Assembly (NCBI GenBank): GCA_963758635.1
Contig: CAVWWD010000007.1
Span: 1-64,000 of the forward strand
Length of the DNA: 64,000 nucleotides
Direction of reading: 5' to 3'
Source: an uncultured Candidatus Rokubacteria bacterium
GTDB taxonomy: Bacteria > Methylomirabilota > Methylomirabilia > Rokubacteriales > CSP1-6
The notes below the pieces were generated by a model that had not been told where the DNA came from, did no database searches, and saw only the letters and a list, made by a program, of their open reading frames with translations. The position numbers were made by a program, and so were the translations under genes. This document shows, piece after piece, positions 11,898 through 22,102 of this stretch. Numbering within the stretch: position 1 is the stretch's first letter; every line of letters starts with the position of its first letter.

Positions 11898-12586
11898 GTG
11901 CTGGAGCTCCTGGACGTGCGGGCGGCCTACGGGCCGTCGCTCGCGCTCCACGGGGTCACGCTCGAGGCGCGCGCGGGCGAGGTGGTGTGCTTCCTCGGCC
12001 GGAACGGCGCGGGCAAGTCGACCACGCTCAAGGCCGTGGTCGACCTGGTCGAGGTCACCGGCGGCTCGATCCGCTTCGAGGGCCGGGACGTGACGGGCTG
12101 GCCCACCCACCGGATCAGCCGGCTCGGCGTCGGCTACGTCCCCGAGGACCGGCGCATCTTCGGCGACCTCACGGTGGCGGAGAACCTGGAGGTGGGGGCG
12201 CGGGCGGACGGCGCCGCCCCGCCGAGCGCATCTACCGCTTCTTCCCGCGCCTGCGCGGGCTGGCGCGGCGGCGCGCGGGGAGCCTGTCCGGCGGCGAGCA
12301 GCAGATGCTCACGGTGGCGCGCACGCTGATGGGCGGGCCGCGCCTGCTGCTGCTCGACGAGCCCTCGGAGGGCCTGGCCCCGGTGGTGGTCCGCGCGCTC
12401 GCCGACCAGATCGCCGCCCTCAAGGGCGAAGGCCTGACGATCCTCCTCTCCGAGCAGAACCTGCGCTTCGCCGCCCGGCTCGCCGACCGCGCCTACATCA
12501 TCGAGCGCGGCGAGATCCGCTTCGAGGGGCCGATGCGCGACCTGCTCGAGGACGAGGCGATGCGGCGCGCGTACCTGACGGTGTAG
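11898..12586 (+). CDS. Branched-chain amino acid ABC ATP-binding protein (LivF-like; frameshift near 12220)
   Basis: GRNGAGKST, VPEDRRIF, LSGGEQQML, DEPSEGLAP, EQN. Confidence 0.9.
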
Positions 12587-12639
12587 GGCGAGACGCGAAT
12601 TGCTCGCCAAGCGCGTGCTCCCGCTGGTCCTCCGTCCCT

Positions 12640-12949
12640 GACGAGGTTCGCCGAGACCACGGAGCTCGTGACGGTCGCGGCCAACCTCGAGATCGACGCG
12701 TGGGCCGATCTGCACGGGTACGCGCGGCTGGCCGGCTCGGTGAACCCGGCCCGCGAGCCGCCGCTGCCGCCGCGGATCCGCCAGCGCCACTACGTCGGGG
12801 CCGCGGATCGCCGCGTCCCCGCCGATGTGACAGCGCGCGGCCCGATTCCGCCGGAGAGCGTCGCGATCGTGGCCGGCTACGACCACGTCTGCTGCTGGCG
12901 TGAGATCTGGCCGTCGGTGCTCGCGGAGGTGGCGGCGGGCGGTCGCTGA
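12640..12949 (+). pseudogene. C-terminal remnant of an alpha/beta hydrolase
   Basis: LVTVAANL...W..LHG...L.GS.NP...HYVG..DRRVP...GYDHVCCW resembles the Asp/His half of a hydrolase; no N-terminal GxSxG part. Confidence 0.5.
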
Positions 12950-13009
12950 CGGAAGCTGGAGTAAGATCGGTCCGGCACACATGACGGGTCCGCTTCTTCT
13001 CGCACGCTC

Positions 13010-15374
13010 GTGAGCGCCCGCCCCGGGCCGGAGCTCCTGGCGCCGTCGCGCTGGGTGGGCGCCGCGGTCAAGCGCGTGGAGGACCCGCGTCTCCTCACGG
13101 GACGCGGCCGCTACCTCGACGACCTCGGTCCGGCCGGCCTGCTCCACGCCGCGTTCGTGCGGAGCCCGCACGCCCATGCGCGCGTCGTGTGCGTGGACGC
13201 GGAGGCGGCGCGCGCCGTGCCGGGCGTGGCCGCGGTGCTGGCGGGGCGTGACCTCACCGACGTGGGCGCCCTCGCTCCGCGCCTGGCCGCCGCCGGCTTC
13301 GCGCCCACCGCGTGGGCGCCGCTCGCGCCCGCCCGCGTCCGGTTCGCGGGCGAGCCGGTGGCCGTGGTGGCCGCGCGAAGCGCGTACGTGGCCGCGGACG
13401 CCGCCGAGCTCGTCGGGGTCGAGTACGAGCCGCGGCCCGCGCTGGCCGGCATCGACGCGGCGCTCGCTCCCGGCGCGCCGGCGCTCCACGAGGGCGTCGA
13501 CGGCAACGTGCTCGCGCGGCATGCGCAGCAGCGGGGCGACGTGGCCGGCGCCTTCGCGCGTGCCGCCCACGTCGTGCGGGAGACCTTCGACCACGGCCGC
13601 GTCTCGGCGTCGCCGCTCGAGGCGCGCGGCGTGTTGGCCCACTGGGAGGACGACGCCCTCACGGTCTGGGCGAGCACGCAGGTGCCGTTCGTGCTCCGTG
13701 CCGTCCTCGCGCGTCTCCTGGGCCTGCCCGAGAGCCGCGTCCGGGTGGTGGCCCCGGACACGGGCGGAGGCTTCGGCCAGAAGATGCATGTGCTACCGGA
13801 GGATCTCGCGGTGGCGGTCCTCTCCCGCGCGACCGGGCGGCCCGTGAAGTGGACGGAGACCCGACACGAGAACCTCGTGGCCGCCTCCCAGGCGCGCGAG
13901 CAGCGCGTGCAGGCGGAGCTGGCCGCGGACGCGGACGGCCGCCTGCTGGCGCTGCGCGCGCGCGTCTGCTCCGACGCGGGCGCCTATCACGTCTATCCCC
14001 TGACCGCGTCGCTCGAGCCCATCGGCACGGCCGGCATCCTCCCCGGGCCCTACCGCGTGCCCGCCTACGCGTTCGAGGCGATGGCCGTGGCCACGAACAA
14101 GCCGCCCATCGGGCGCCTATCGCGGCGTCGGGATGACCATGGGCGTCTTCGTCATGGAGCGCATGCTGGACCTCCTCGCCGAGCGCCTCGCCGTGGATCC
14201 CGTGGAGATCCGCCGCGAGAACCTCATCCGCCGCGACGAGTACCCGTACACCTCGGCGGCCGGCTTCGTCTACGACAGCGGTGACCTGCCCGGCGCCCTC
14301 GATCGGGCGCTCGCGCTGGCCGGCTATCCCGCCATGCGGGCGCGCCAGGCCGAGGCGCGCCGCCACGGCCGGCTCGTCGGCATCGGCGTGTCGTGCTACG
14401 TGGAGTCCACCGGCATCGGCGCGCGCACCTTCCGGGACCGCGGCATGGTCGAGATGCCGGGGCCCGAGGCGGCCACCGTCCGCATGGAGGCGGACGGCAG
14501 CGTGCGCTGCCTCGTCTCGTACCCGTCGCAGGGGCAGGGGCACGCCACCACGGTGGCCCAGATCGTGGCCGACCGCCTCGGCGTCGCGCCCGCCGCGGTC
14601 CGGCTCGCCCAGCCCGACACCGCGATGGCCAGCGCGGGCAGCGGCACGTTCGCGAGCCGCGGCGCGGTCGCGCAGATGGTCACGGTGGAGCGCGCGGCCG
14701 CCGCCGTGCGCGCCAAGCTCCTCGCCATCGCGGCCGGCCGGCTGGAAGCGAGCGCGGCCGATCTCATCCTGGACGACGGTCGCATCGCCGTGCGCGGCGC
14801 GCCCGACCGCGCCGTCGCGCTCGGGGAGATCGCGCGGCTCGCCCACTACCCGCCCGCCGGCGGCCTCCCCGGCGGCGCCGCGCCCGGCCTCGAGGCGACG
14901 GTGGCCCACGACCTGCCGGGGCCGACGTTCGCGGGGGCCGCGCACGTCGCGGAGGTGGAGGTGGACGCCGAGACCGGGCGCGTCGCGGTCACGGGCTACA
15001 CGGTGGTGGAGGACTGCGGGCCGCTGCTGAACCCGATGATCGTCGAGGGCCAGGTGCACGGCGCCGTCGTCCAGGGCATCGGGGAGGCGCTCTCCGAGCG
15101 GCTCGTGTACGACGAGACGGGGCAGGCGCAGAGCGGCACCTTCATGGAGTACGGCCTGCCGCAGGCCGCCGACGTTCCCGCGCTCGTGGTGGACCACGTC
15201 GAGACGCCGTCGCCCCTCACGCCCGGCGGGGTCAAGGGGGTGGGGGAGGGAGGCACGGTGGGCGCGCCCGCCGCCGTCGCGAACGCGGTGGCCGACGCCG
15301 TGCGGCCGCTCGGAATCCGCGTGGTCGCGCTGCCGATCCTGGCCGAGGGGCTGGTCGGGCGGAGCGTGCCGTGA
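13010..15374 (+). CDS. Xanthine dehydrogenase family molybdopterin-binding large subunit (CoxL/CutL-like; frameshift near 14112)
   Basis: RVEDPRLLTGRGRY, GGGFGQK, AYRGVG loop, QGQGH, GTFASR, GQVHG, KGVGEGG. Confidence 0.92.
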
Positions 15375-15440
15375 TCGAGGCGTACCGCGCCGTCTCCGCG
15401 CTCTACCAGGCGCTGATGACGGGCCTCGTCCCCGTCCTGG

Positions 15441-15740
15441 CTACGCGCCCTTCCTGATCTCGTCGATCTTGCGGTCCCGATCGTTGGCGAGGCGGTCGAG
15501 GTCGCGCCGGAGCTCCTCGCCGAGGCGCTCGGCGTCCTCGTAGCTGGCCGCCTTCGCGAGGGCGTCCCGGTGGAGGATCTCCCGCTCGGCGACGCGCGCC
15601 TTGTACAGGTTGCGGGCCTCTCCGATGCCGGCCTTCTGGGCGTCGGAGAGCGGCTGCTCCGTGGCGCCGGACTCCGCTTCCTTCTTCCGGAGGCGCTCCA
15701 TCGCGAGCTCGAACGCGGTCTTCGGGGCGTTGTCGGCCAT
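15441..15740 (-). CDS. Small charged coiled-coil hypothetical protein
   Basis: 99 aa MADNAPKTAFELAMERLRKK...; fused to the upstream gene in the ORF track only through a frameshift. Confidence 0.7.
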   Translation of the reverse strand: MADNAPKTAFELAMERLRKKEAESGATEQPLSDAQKAGIGEARNLYKARVAEREILHRDALAKAASYEDAERLGEELRRDLDRLANDRDRKIDEIRKGA

Positions 15741-15790
15741 GACCGCCACAGTGTAGCACTCGCCTCGCGCCGCGCCTGGCGGCGCGAGGG

Positions 15791-17603
15791 TCACGGGTCC
15801 GGGAGCGGGCGCGGCGCGAGGCGTTCGATGCGAAGGCGCCCGGCGTGAAAAGCGCAGGTCGACGTCGAGATCGCCGCGCTCGCCGTGCCAGCGGAGCGTG
15901 GCCTGCTCTCCGTCCTGGGCGTCGGCGCCGGCGCCGGCCACGGTCTCGCCGACGGTGAGACGGCCGAACAGGGTGTGCGCGGCGCCGAGCCGCCGCGCCG
16001 CCTCGACGGCGTCGGCGCCCGGCTCGAGCAGCGCGGCCAGCCCGTCCGGGTCGGGAGACGCGGCCAGATCGGCCAGCCGGCGCGCCGCGGCGATCAGCGC
16101 AGCGCTCGCCGGCACCACCGACGTCGCCTCGTAGTCCTGCACGCGTCCGTCCGGGCGCGGCGCCAGCTCCACGCTGAGGCGCACGCGCCCGCGCTCGCCG
16201 ATCAGCTCGGCGTGCCCGCGCGTGGCGCGCACCGCCGTGACCGGTCCGGGCGAGAGCGTCCCGTGCCGCGCGCGGAGCGCCGAGGCCTGGGCCCGCCGGC
16301 GATCCAGCGGATCGTCGAGCAGGACGTTGTCGGCGAAGAGCCGCCCGGCGCGGGCGTCGTCCCAGCCGGAGAGGAGCTCGGCCAGGGCGCGGACGGCCTC
16401 GTCGAGCGCGGCGGCCGGCGGATGCGCCGCGGGTGGGAGGGCTCCGCGCGACTCGAGCAGCTCGAGCGCGTCGCGCGTGAAGAGGCCCATCGGCGGGTAC
16501 GTCCGGTTCGCGACCGCGACGACGCCCACGCCACGATCGCGGAGCCAGCGCATGTTCGATCCGAAGCCGGGCAGACCTCCGCTGTGCGTCACCATCGTTC
16601 CCAGCTCGAGGTGCTCGCGGACCTCGAGGCCCATGCCGTAGCCGCCGGCGACCAGACGCAGCCGGCCGTCCACCTCCTCGCGCGTGATCGAGGTGGGGAT
16701 CGCGCGGCAGACCTGCTGCATCTCTCGCCGCGATGCGCGGCGGAGCGGGCCGTCGTCGGTGCCGTCCCGCGGCGGGAACGCCTCGGCGAGGAAGCCCACC
16801 CAGAGGGCGAGGTCGGCCACCGTGCTCCAGAGGCCACCCATGGGCCCGAGCGCCCCGTCGGCGAGCGGAGGCGGCTCGGCGACGATCGCGCCATCGACCA
16901 CGCGGAAGGGCCGCGCCAGCCGGGCGCCCGTCCGGGCCTGGGCGTCCCACACGGTGTCGCTCATCCCGAGCGGGCCCAGGAAGTGCCGGCTCACGTACTC
17001 CTGCAGCCGTATCCCCGCGACGGCTTCCACCACCTGCCCGAGCACGCCGTAGCCGAGGTTCGAGTACTCGAAGACGGTGCCCGGCGCGGCGGCGAACGCG
17101 GCGCCCTCGGCGAGCCAGCCGAGGAGCTCCGGTCCGCCCGCGTCGAGGTGACGATCCGCCCACGGGTCATCGGTGGCGAGCCCCGCGGACATGGTCAGGA
17201 GGTGGCGGATCGTGACCGGCGGCGAGTCGCCGCTGGGCGGCCGGAGCCCGGCCGCGGCCGGGACGTACCGGCTCGCCGCATCGTCGAGGGCGAGCTGCCC
17301 GGCGTCGCGCAGGCCCAGCACCGCGGCGGCGGTGAAGCTCTTGGTCATGGACGCGATGCGGAAGAGCGTGCGCTCGTCCGGCGGGCCGGCGCCGTCGCCC
17401 GGGTCGCCGATGCCTCCCCGCGTCACGAGGCGGCCGTCCACGATCACCCCGTACGCCATGGCGGGGATGTGATGCCGCTCCGCGGCCATGGAGGCGAGCG
17501 CGTGGAGCGCCCCTGCCGCGTCGTCGGGCGCCGTCGGGGTCGTGCCCGGGGAGAGCGGGGATGGTCTGCGCATGCGGTCTTCGTCCATGACCCTCGTCCT
17601 CAT
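15791..17603 (-). CDS. Serine hydrolase (beta-lactamase/class C-like family) with C-terminal extension
   Basis: FRIASMTK (SxxK), FEYSN (YxN), HSGGLPG; frame-corrected TGA at 15791. Confidence 0.88.
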
Positions 17604-17613
17604 CGGCGTCGGC

Positions 17614-18018
17614 TCAGGGAGTGACGAGCTGGACTCTCGGAAAATAGGACCGGTACCGCAGGGGATCCCTCGTCACCAGGACCATCTGCCGGACGGCGGC
17701 GTGGGCTCCGATGAAGAAGTCCGGAAGCGGTGACCGCCTGGCGCCACCCTTTCGCCGGTACTGGAGAAAGCACCGGCCGGCCAGAAAGCCAGCCTCCCAC
17801 GGAAGGGCCTCGCGCCGGAACAGATCCACCGGCAGGGCCGCGTCGAGATCCTCGATCCGCTCGAACCCCACCGATACCTCGGCGTAGATCACCGGGTTGA
17901 TGACGAGCGTGTGCCGCTCCGCGAGCCCCTCCAGTTGCCGAGCCGACCAGCCGTACCACCGGGGATCCTCGGTCGTCACGTCGAGGATCACGTTGCTGTC
18001 GACGAGGACGTTGGCCAC
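17614..18018 (-). CDS. vapC: Type II TA toxin, PIN/VapC family
   Basis: VLVDSNVILD, PVIYAE, PLPDFFIGAHA, LVTRD. Confidence 0.92.
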   Translation of the reverse strand: MANVLVDSNVILDVTTEDPRWYGWSARQLEGLAERHTLVINPVIYAEVSVGFERIEDLDAALPVDLFRREALPWEAGFLAGRCFLQYRRKGGARRSPLPDFFIGAHAAVRQMVLVTRDPLRYRSYFPRVQLVTP

Positions 18019-18028
18019 GAGCCCGTGA

Positions 18029-18256
18029 CTACCCCTTGCGCGTCAGGGCCATGATCTCGTCGGTCGTCAGGCCGCTGGTCGCCCGGCCCCGCATGGCCCG
18101 GATGAGGCGCGCGCCGCGCCGGGATCCTCCGCCGACCTTTCTCAGGATCACGGCATCTCCCCGCACCGCGAACTCTACCTCGGTGTCCGGGAGGATTCCG
18201 AGCTTCTGGCGGATGGCGAGTGGGATGGTCACCTGTCCCTTGCGCGTGACACGCAT
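18029..18256 (-). CDS. AbrB/MazE/SpoVT-family antitoxin
   Basis: MRVTRKGQVTIP; immediately upstream of the PIN gene. Confidence 0.92.
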   Translation of the reverse strand: MRVTRKGQVTIPLAIRQKLGILPDTEVEFAVRGDAVILRKVGGGSRRGARLIRAMRGRATSGLTTDEIMALTRKG

Positions 18257-18276
18257 TCGTCCACTCCTTCACAGCT

Positions 18277-18302
18277 GAGTCTTACCAGTAAGAGTAAGAC
18301 TC
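18277..18302. promoter_or_regulatory. Probable antitoxin operator palindrome
   Basis: Perfect GAGTCTTAC-N8-GTAAGACTC just upstream of the antitoxin RBS. Confidence 0.65.
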
Positions 18303-18505
18303 GTCGTGGTTGGAGTCAATGCGGCCGCGCCGGGTACCCGCGCGCGTCGGGTGAGAGAGGGCGGCCGCGCTGGCCGCGCGGCGGCGGCCGTCTGGCTCTA
18401 CGCGGCGTCCATCACATCGCGGTGATCGCCGCCGTGCCCCGGTTGCAACGTGACCGGCTCGTGCCCGTCGCCGCTGGCGGCCACCATCACCGCCGGATCC
18501 CCGCC

Positions 18506-19468
18506 TCAGCCGCCTCCCTTCAGGCGGGGGTCGAGGAGATCGCGGAGCGCGTCGCCCAGCATGTTGAAGCCGAACACCGCCATCGAGAGCGCCACCGCGG
18601 GCCAGACGGCCAGCCAGGGCGCCTGGTACATGTGGTCGAGGCCGGCCAGGGAGAGCATGCCGCCCCACGTGGGGTAGGGCGGCGGCACGCCCAGGCCCAG
18701 GAACGACAGGCTGGCCTCGGTCAGGATGACGGTGGAGAGCCCGGTGGTGGCCACCACGATGATCGTCGGCAGCACGTTGGGCAGGATGTGGGTGGCGGCG
18801 ATCCGCGCGTGCCCGGCGCCCGCCGCCCGCGCTCCCTCGATGTACGTGTACTCCTTGATCGACAGCGCCACGCCCCGCACGATGCGCGAGTTCTGGATGC
18901 CGAAGGCCACGCCGAGGACGAGGGTGATGTTCCACGCCCCCGGCCCCACCAGGGACATGATCGACATCAGGAGGAGGAGCCCGGGGAACGCCATCCACGC
19001 GTCGACCATCCGCTGGAGCCACAGGTCCACCCGCCCTCCGAAGTAGGCCGTGCCGATGCCGACGACGGTGGCGATGATGGAGCCGATCGTGACCGCGCCG
19101 AACCCCACGTAGAGGGAGATCCGCGCCCCGTACAGGAGCCGGGTGAGCAGGTCGCGCCCGAGCTGGTCCGTGCCCAGCCAGTGCGCGCTGCTCGCGCCCA
19201 TCAACCGCTCCCGAAGGCTCGTCTGCGCGAAGCCGTACGGCGTGATGACGTCGGCCAGCACCGCCGCCGCCAGCATCACGACGACGATGGCGCCGCCGAC
19301 GGTGCCGAGGGGCTTGCGCCGGAGCATCTGGAACCAGACGTCGAGGTACCACGCCCGCGTGGCGGGCAGCGGCGCCGCGGGCAGCGCGATGGCCACGGCC
19401 CCGTCCGACCCGCCGGCCAGCGGCGCCACCGGCCGCACGCCTCCGCCCTCGCGCTCGCCGCCGCTCAT
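18506..19468 (-). CDS. Peptide/nickel ABC permease (DppC-like)
   Basis: HWLGTDQLGRD, EAA-like loop YIEGARAAGA, HILPN, SLSFLGLG. Confidence 0.92.
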   Translation of the reverse strand: MSGGEREGGGVRPVAPLAGGSDGAVAIALPAAPLPATRAWYLDVWFQMLRRKPLGTVGGAIVVVMLAAAVLADVITPYGFAQTSLRERLMGASSAHWLGTDQLGRDLLTRLLYGARISLYVGFGAVTIGSIIATVVGIGTAYFGGRVDLWLQRMVDAWMAFPGLLLLMSIMSLVGPGAWNITLVLGVAFGIQNSRIVRGVALSIKEYTYIEGARAAGAGHARIAATHILPNVLPTIIVVATTGLSTVILTEASLSFLGLGVPPPYPTWGGMLSLAGLDHMYQAPWLAVWPAVALSMAVFGFNMLGDALRDLLDPRLKGGG

Positions 19469-19496
19469 CTCCGCCGCCTCCGCGCGCGCGTCATGG

Positions 19497-20444
19497 TCAG
19501 TGGTACCGGATGCGCGGGTCGAGGTACGCATAGGCCAGGTCGATGGCGAGGTTCAGCCCGACGACGAGCGCGGCGATGATGAGGTTCACCGACTGGACGA
19601 CGGGGTAGTCCAGCCGCGTGAGCGCCTCGAAGAAGAAGAGGCCGACGCCGGGCAGGCGGAAGATCGCCTCCATGATGACGGAGCCGCCGATGTAGAGCGG
19701 CATCTGCAGGCCGACGAGGGTGATGACGGGGATCATGGCGTTCTTGAGGGCATGCCGCAGCACGATGGCGCGCTCGCTCAGGCCTTTCGACCACGCGGTG
19801 CGGATGTAGTCCTGCCGCAGCACGTCCAGCAGCGACGACCGCATGATGCGCATGATCGGCCCCGCCCGGGTGACGCCGAAGATGAGGGCGGGCACGACCA
19901 TGATCTTGAGGTTCTGCAAGGGGTCCGCGGTCAGCGACACGTACGTCCACACCGGGGTCCACTTGAAGAGGATCGACGGCAGCACGACCACCAGGACGGC
20001 GAGGCCGAAGTACGGCACGGACAGGGCCAGGATGGAGAAGACGCGCCCGACGTAGTCGGCGGCGGAGTCCTGGCGCACCGCCGACACGATGCCCACCACG
20101 ATGCCGATCGCCACCGAGACCAGGATGGTGAGGACGGCGAGCTCCAGGGTGACGGGGAAGCGCCGCGCGAACTCGTCCCAGATCGGCTGGCGGGTCCAGT
20201 AGGAGCGGCCGAAATCGCCGCGCAGCACGATGTTGCCGATCCACTCGCCGTACTGCACGTAGACGGGCCGGTCGAGCCCCAGGTCCTTGCGGAGGGCGTC
20301 GAGGGTCGGGGCGTAGGCGTGCCCCTCGACCATGCGCGTGACGACGTCCCCCGGCATGAGCCGCATCATGGCGAACACGATGACGGTGACGAGGAAGAGC
20401 GTCGGCACTGCCAGCGCCGCCCGCCGGAGCACGTACTGTTTCAC
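19497..20444 (-). CDS. Peptide/nickel ABC permease (DppB-like)
   Basis: LGLDRP, GDFGRS, DYIRTAWSKGL, HALKNA, DYPVVQ. Confidence 0.93.
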   Translation of the reverse strand: MKQYVLRRAALAVPTLFLVTVIVFAMMRLMPGDVVTRMVEGHAYAPTLDALRKDLGLDRPVYVQYGEWIGNIVLRGDFGRSYWTRQPIWDEFARRFPVTLELAVLTILVSVAIGIVVGIVSAVRQDSAADYVGRVFSILALSVPYFGLAVLVVVLPSILFKWTPVWTYVSLTADPLQNLKIMVVPALIFGVTRAGPIMRIMRSSLLDVLRQDYIRTAWSKGLSERAIVLRHALKNAMIPVITLVGLQMPLYIGGSVIMEAIFRLPGVGLFFFEALTRLDYPVVQSVNLIIAALVVGLNLAIDLAYAYLDPRIRYH

Positions 20445-20462
20445 GCGCGGGCTCCCGACCCG

Positions 20463-22073
20463 CTACCGGTCGAGCCAGGTGAAGACGAGGCGCATGCCCA
20501 GGCCGTAGCCGTCGTGATGCTTGAAGCCCTTCACCGACGGGTGGTGGGTGATGTACTGGGGCTGGGTCGGGAGGTAGACGTAGTAGGCCTTGTCGGCGAC
20601 GTAGCGCTGGATCTCGTCGACGATCTCCTTGCGCTTCTTCGGGTCCAGCTCCTTCCGCTGCGCGACGAGGAGCTTGTTGAGCTCGGCGTCCGCCACCCGG
20701 CTGCGGTTGCCCGGCTGCTCCGGGTAGAAGTGGCCGTACAGGAAGTCGTCCACCTCCGTGAACGGGGTGACGGGGCCGATGGCCATCTTCTCGAACTTCC
20801 CGAGGTAGGTCGTGGAGATGTAGGCGCCGTACTCCTGCGGCTTGAGCTCCACCGTCAGGCCGATCTTGCTGAGGTTGTCCACGGCCAGCTCGTAGTAGCT
20901 CCGCCACGGCGGCGCGTACCCGGGCCAGTGGAAGGCCGGCGTGACGAGGCCGCTCCCGTGACCGGCGGCGGCGAGGAGGCGCTTGGCCTCGGCGGGGTCG
21001 TAGCCCGTGAGGGCCTTGGCCTTGGCGGCGTCCATCTTCGACGCCTCGAGCTTCCAGTCCTTCATGGCGCACGGCACCGGGCCCGTGTCGATGCAGCCCT
21101 CGCCGAAGATCAGCGCGTCGTTCCAGCCCTTCCGGTCGATGGCCAGCGAGACCGCGCGGCGGACCCGCACGTCGTTGAACGGCGGCTGGTCGGTGCGGAA
21201 GTAGATCATGCCCTGCCCGATCACGGGGGTCGGGGTGGTGGAGAGCTCCGGGTTGGTCTTCTGGAGGGACTTGGCCTCCTCGGGGCTGGCCCAGGCCCAC
21301 ATGTGGTTGAAGTCCACCTTGCCCGCCCGCAGCAGCGAGAGGCGGGTGGCGGCATCCGGGGTGATCTCGATGACCACGCCGTCGAGGTACGGCAGGCCCT
21401 TCATGAAGTAGTCGGGGTTCCGGTCGAAGACCAGCCGCACGCCCCGCTCGTAGGACTTCAGGACGAACGGCCCCGTCCCGATGACGCCGTCCGGATTGTT
21501 GAAGTCCTTGAACTTCTCCTCCACCTCGCGAGCGAGGATCGGGGTGAAGGTGGGGTTGGCGAGGTGGTTCAGGAAGGGCGTGTAGGGCTCTTTCAGCGTG
21601 ATGCGCACCGTGTGCTTGTCGACGGCGTCCACGGATTGCACGGGCTCGAAGCGGGCCTTGAACGCCGACTTGGCCATGAAGCGCTCGATCGAGTACTTGA
21701 CGTCGGCGGCGGTGACCTCCCGGCCGTTCACGGGCGGCCGGTTGTGGAACTTCACGCCCTTGCGGAGCGAAAACGTGTAGACGGTGCCGTCCTTCGAGGC
21801 CGTCCACTTCTCGGCGAGGTCGGGGACGATGGAGAAGTCGGCGGGGTGCTTCTGCTCGGGCCCGTTGGGGAAGCGCACGAGCTGGCTGTAGACCATGCTC
21901 ATGTGGGAGTGCGTCAGGAAGCTGATCGACAGGTGCGGGTCGAGCGTGGGCGCCTCGCGCTCCGCGATCCGGAGGACGCCGCCGCGCTTGGGCGTCTGGG
22001 CGAGGGCGGGCGGCACGGCCACCACGAGGGCGAGGACCACGGCGACGAGACCCAGGGCGAGGCGTCGGGGCAT
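20463..22073 (-). CDS. ABC substrate-binding protein, family 5
   Basis: Signal peptide, PKRGGVLR, PDLAEKW, LRKGVKFH, GTGPF, DVRVRRA. Confidence 0.92.
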   Translation of the reverse strand: MPRRLALGLVAVVLALVVAVPPALAQTPKRGGVLRIAEREAPTLDPHLSISFLTHSHMSMVYSQLVRFPNGPEQKHPADFSIVPDLAEKWTASKDGTVYTFSLRKGVKFHNRPPVNGREVTAADVKYSIERFMAKSAFKARFEPVQSVDAVDKHTVRITLKEPYTPFLNHLANPTFTPILAREVEEKFKDFNNPDGVIGTGPFVLKSYERGVRLVFDRNPDYFMKGLPYLDGVVIEITPDAATRLSLLRAGKVDFNHMWAWASPEEAKSLQKTNPELSTTPTPVIGQGMIYFRTDQPPFNDVRVRRAVSLAIDRKGWNDALIFGEGCIDTGPVPCAMKDWKLEASKMDAAKAKALTGYDPAEAKRLLAAAGHGSGLVTPAFHWPGYAPPWRSYYELAVDNLSKIGLTVELKPQEYGAYISTTYLGKFEKMAIGPVTPFTEVDDFLYGHFYPEQPGNRSRVADAELNKLLVAQRKELDPKKRKEIVDEIQRYVADKAYYVYLPTQPQYITHHPSVKGFKHHDGYGLGMRLVFTWLDR

Positions 22074-22102
22074 GGAGCGGGCTCCTTCGTGGCGGGTGCT
22101 GG

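Noticed and set aside
13010..15374. Aerobic CO dehydrogenase (form I CoxL)
   Set aside because: The active-site loop is AYRGVG rather than AYxCSFR, and there are no coxM/coxS genes.
15441..17603. 720-aa beta-lactamase-coiled-coil fusion, or a resistance gene
   Set aside because: The fusion arises from a frameshift near 15846; the motifs indicate only a generic serine hydrolase.
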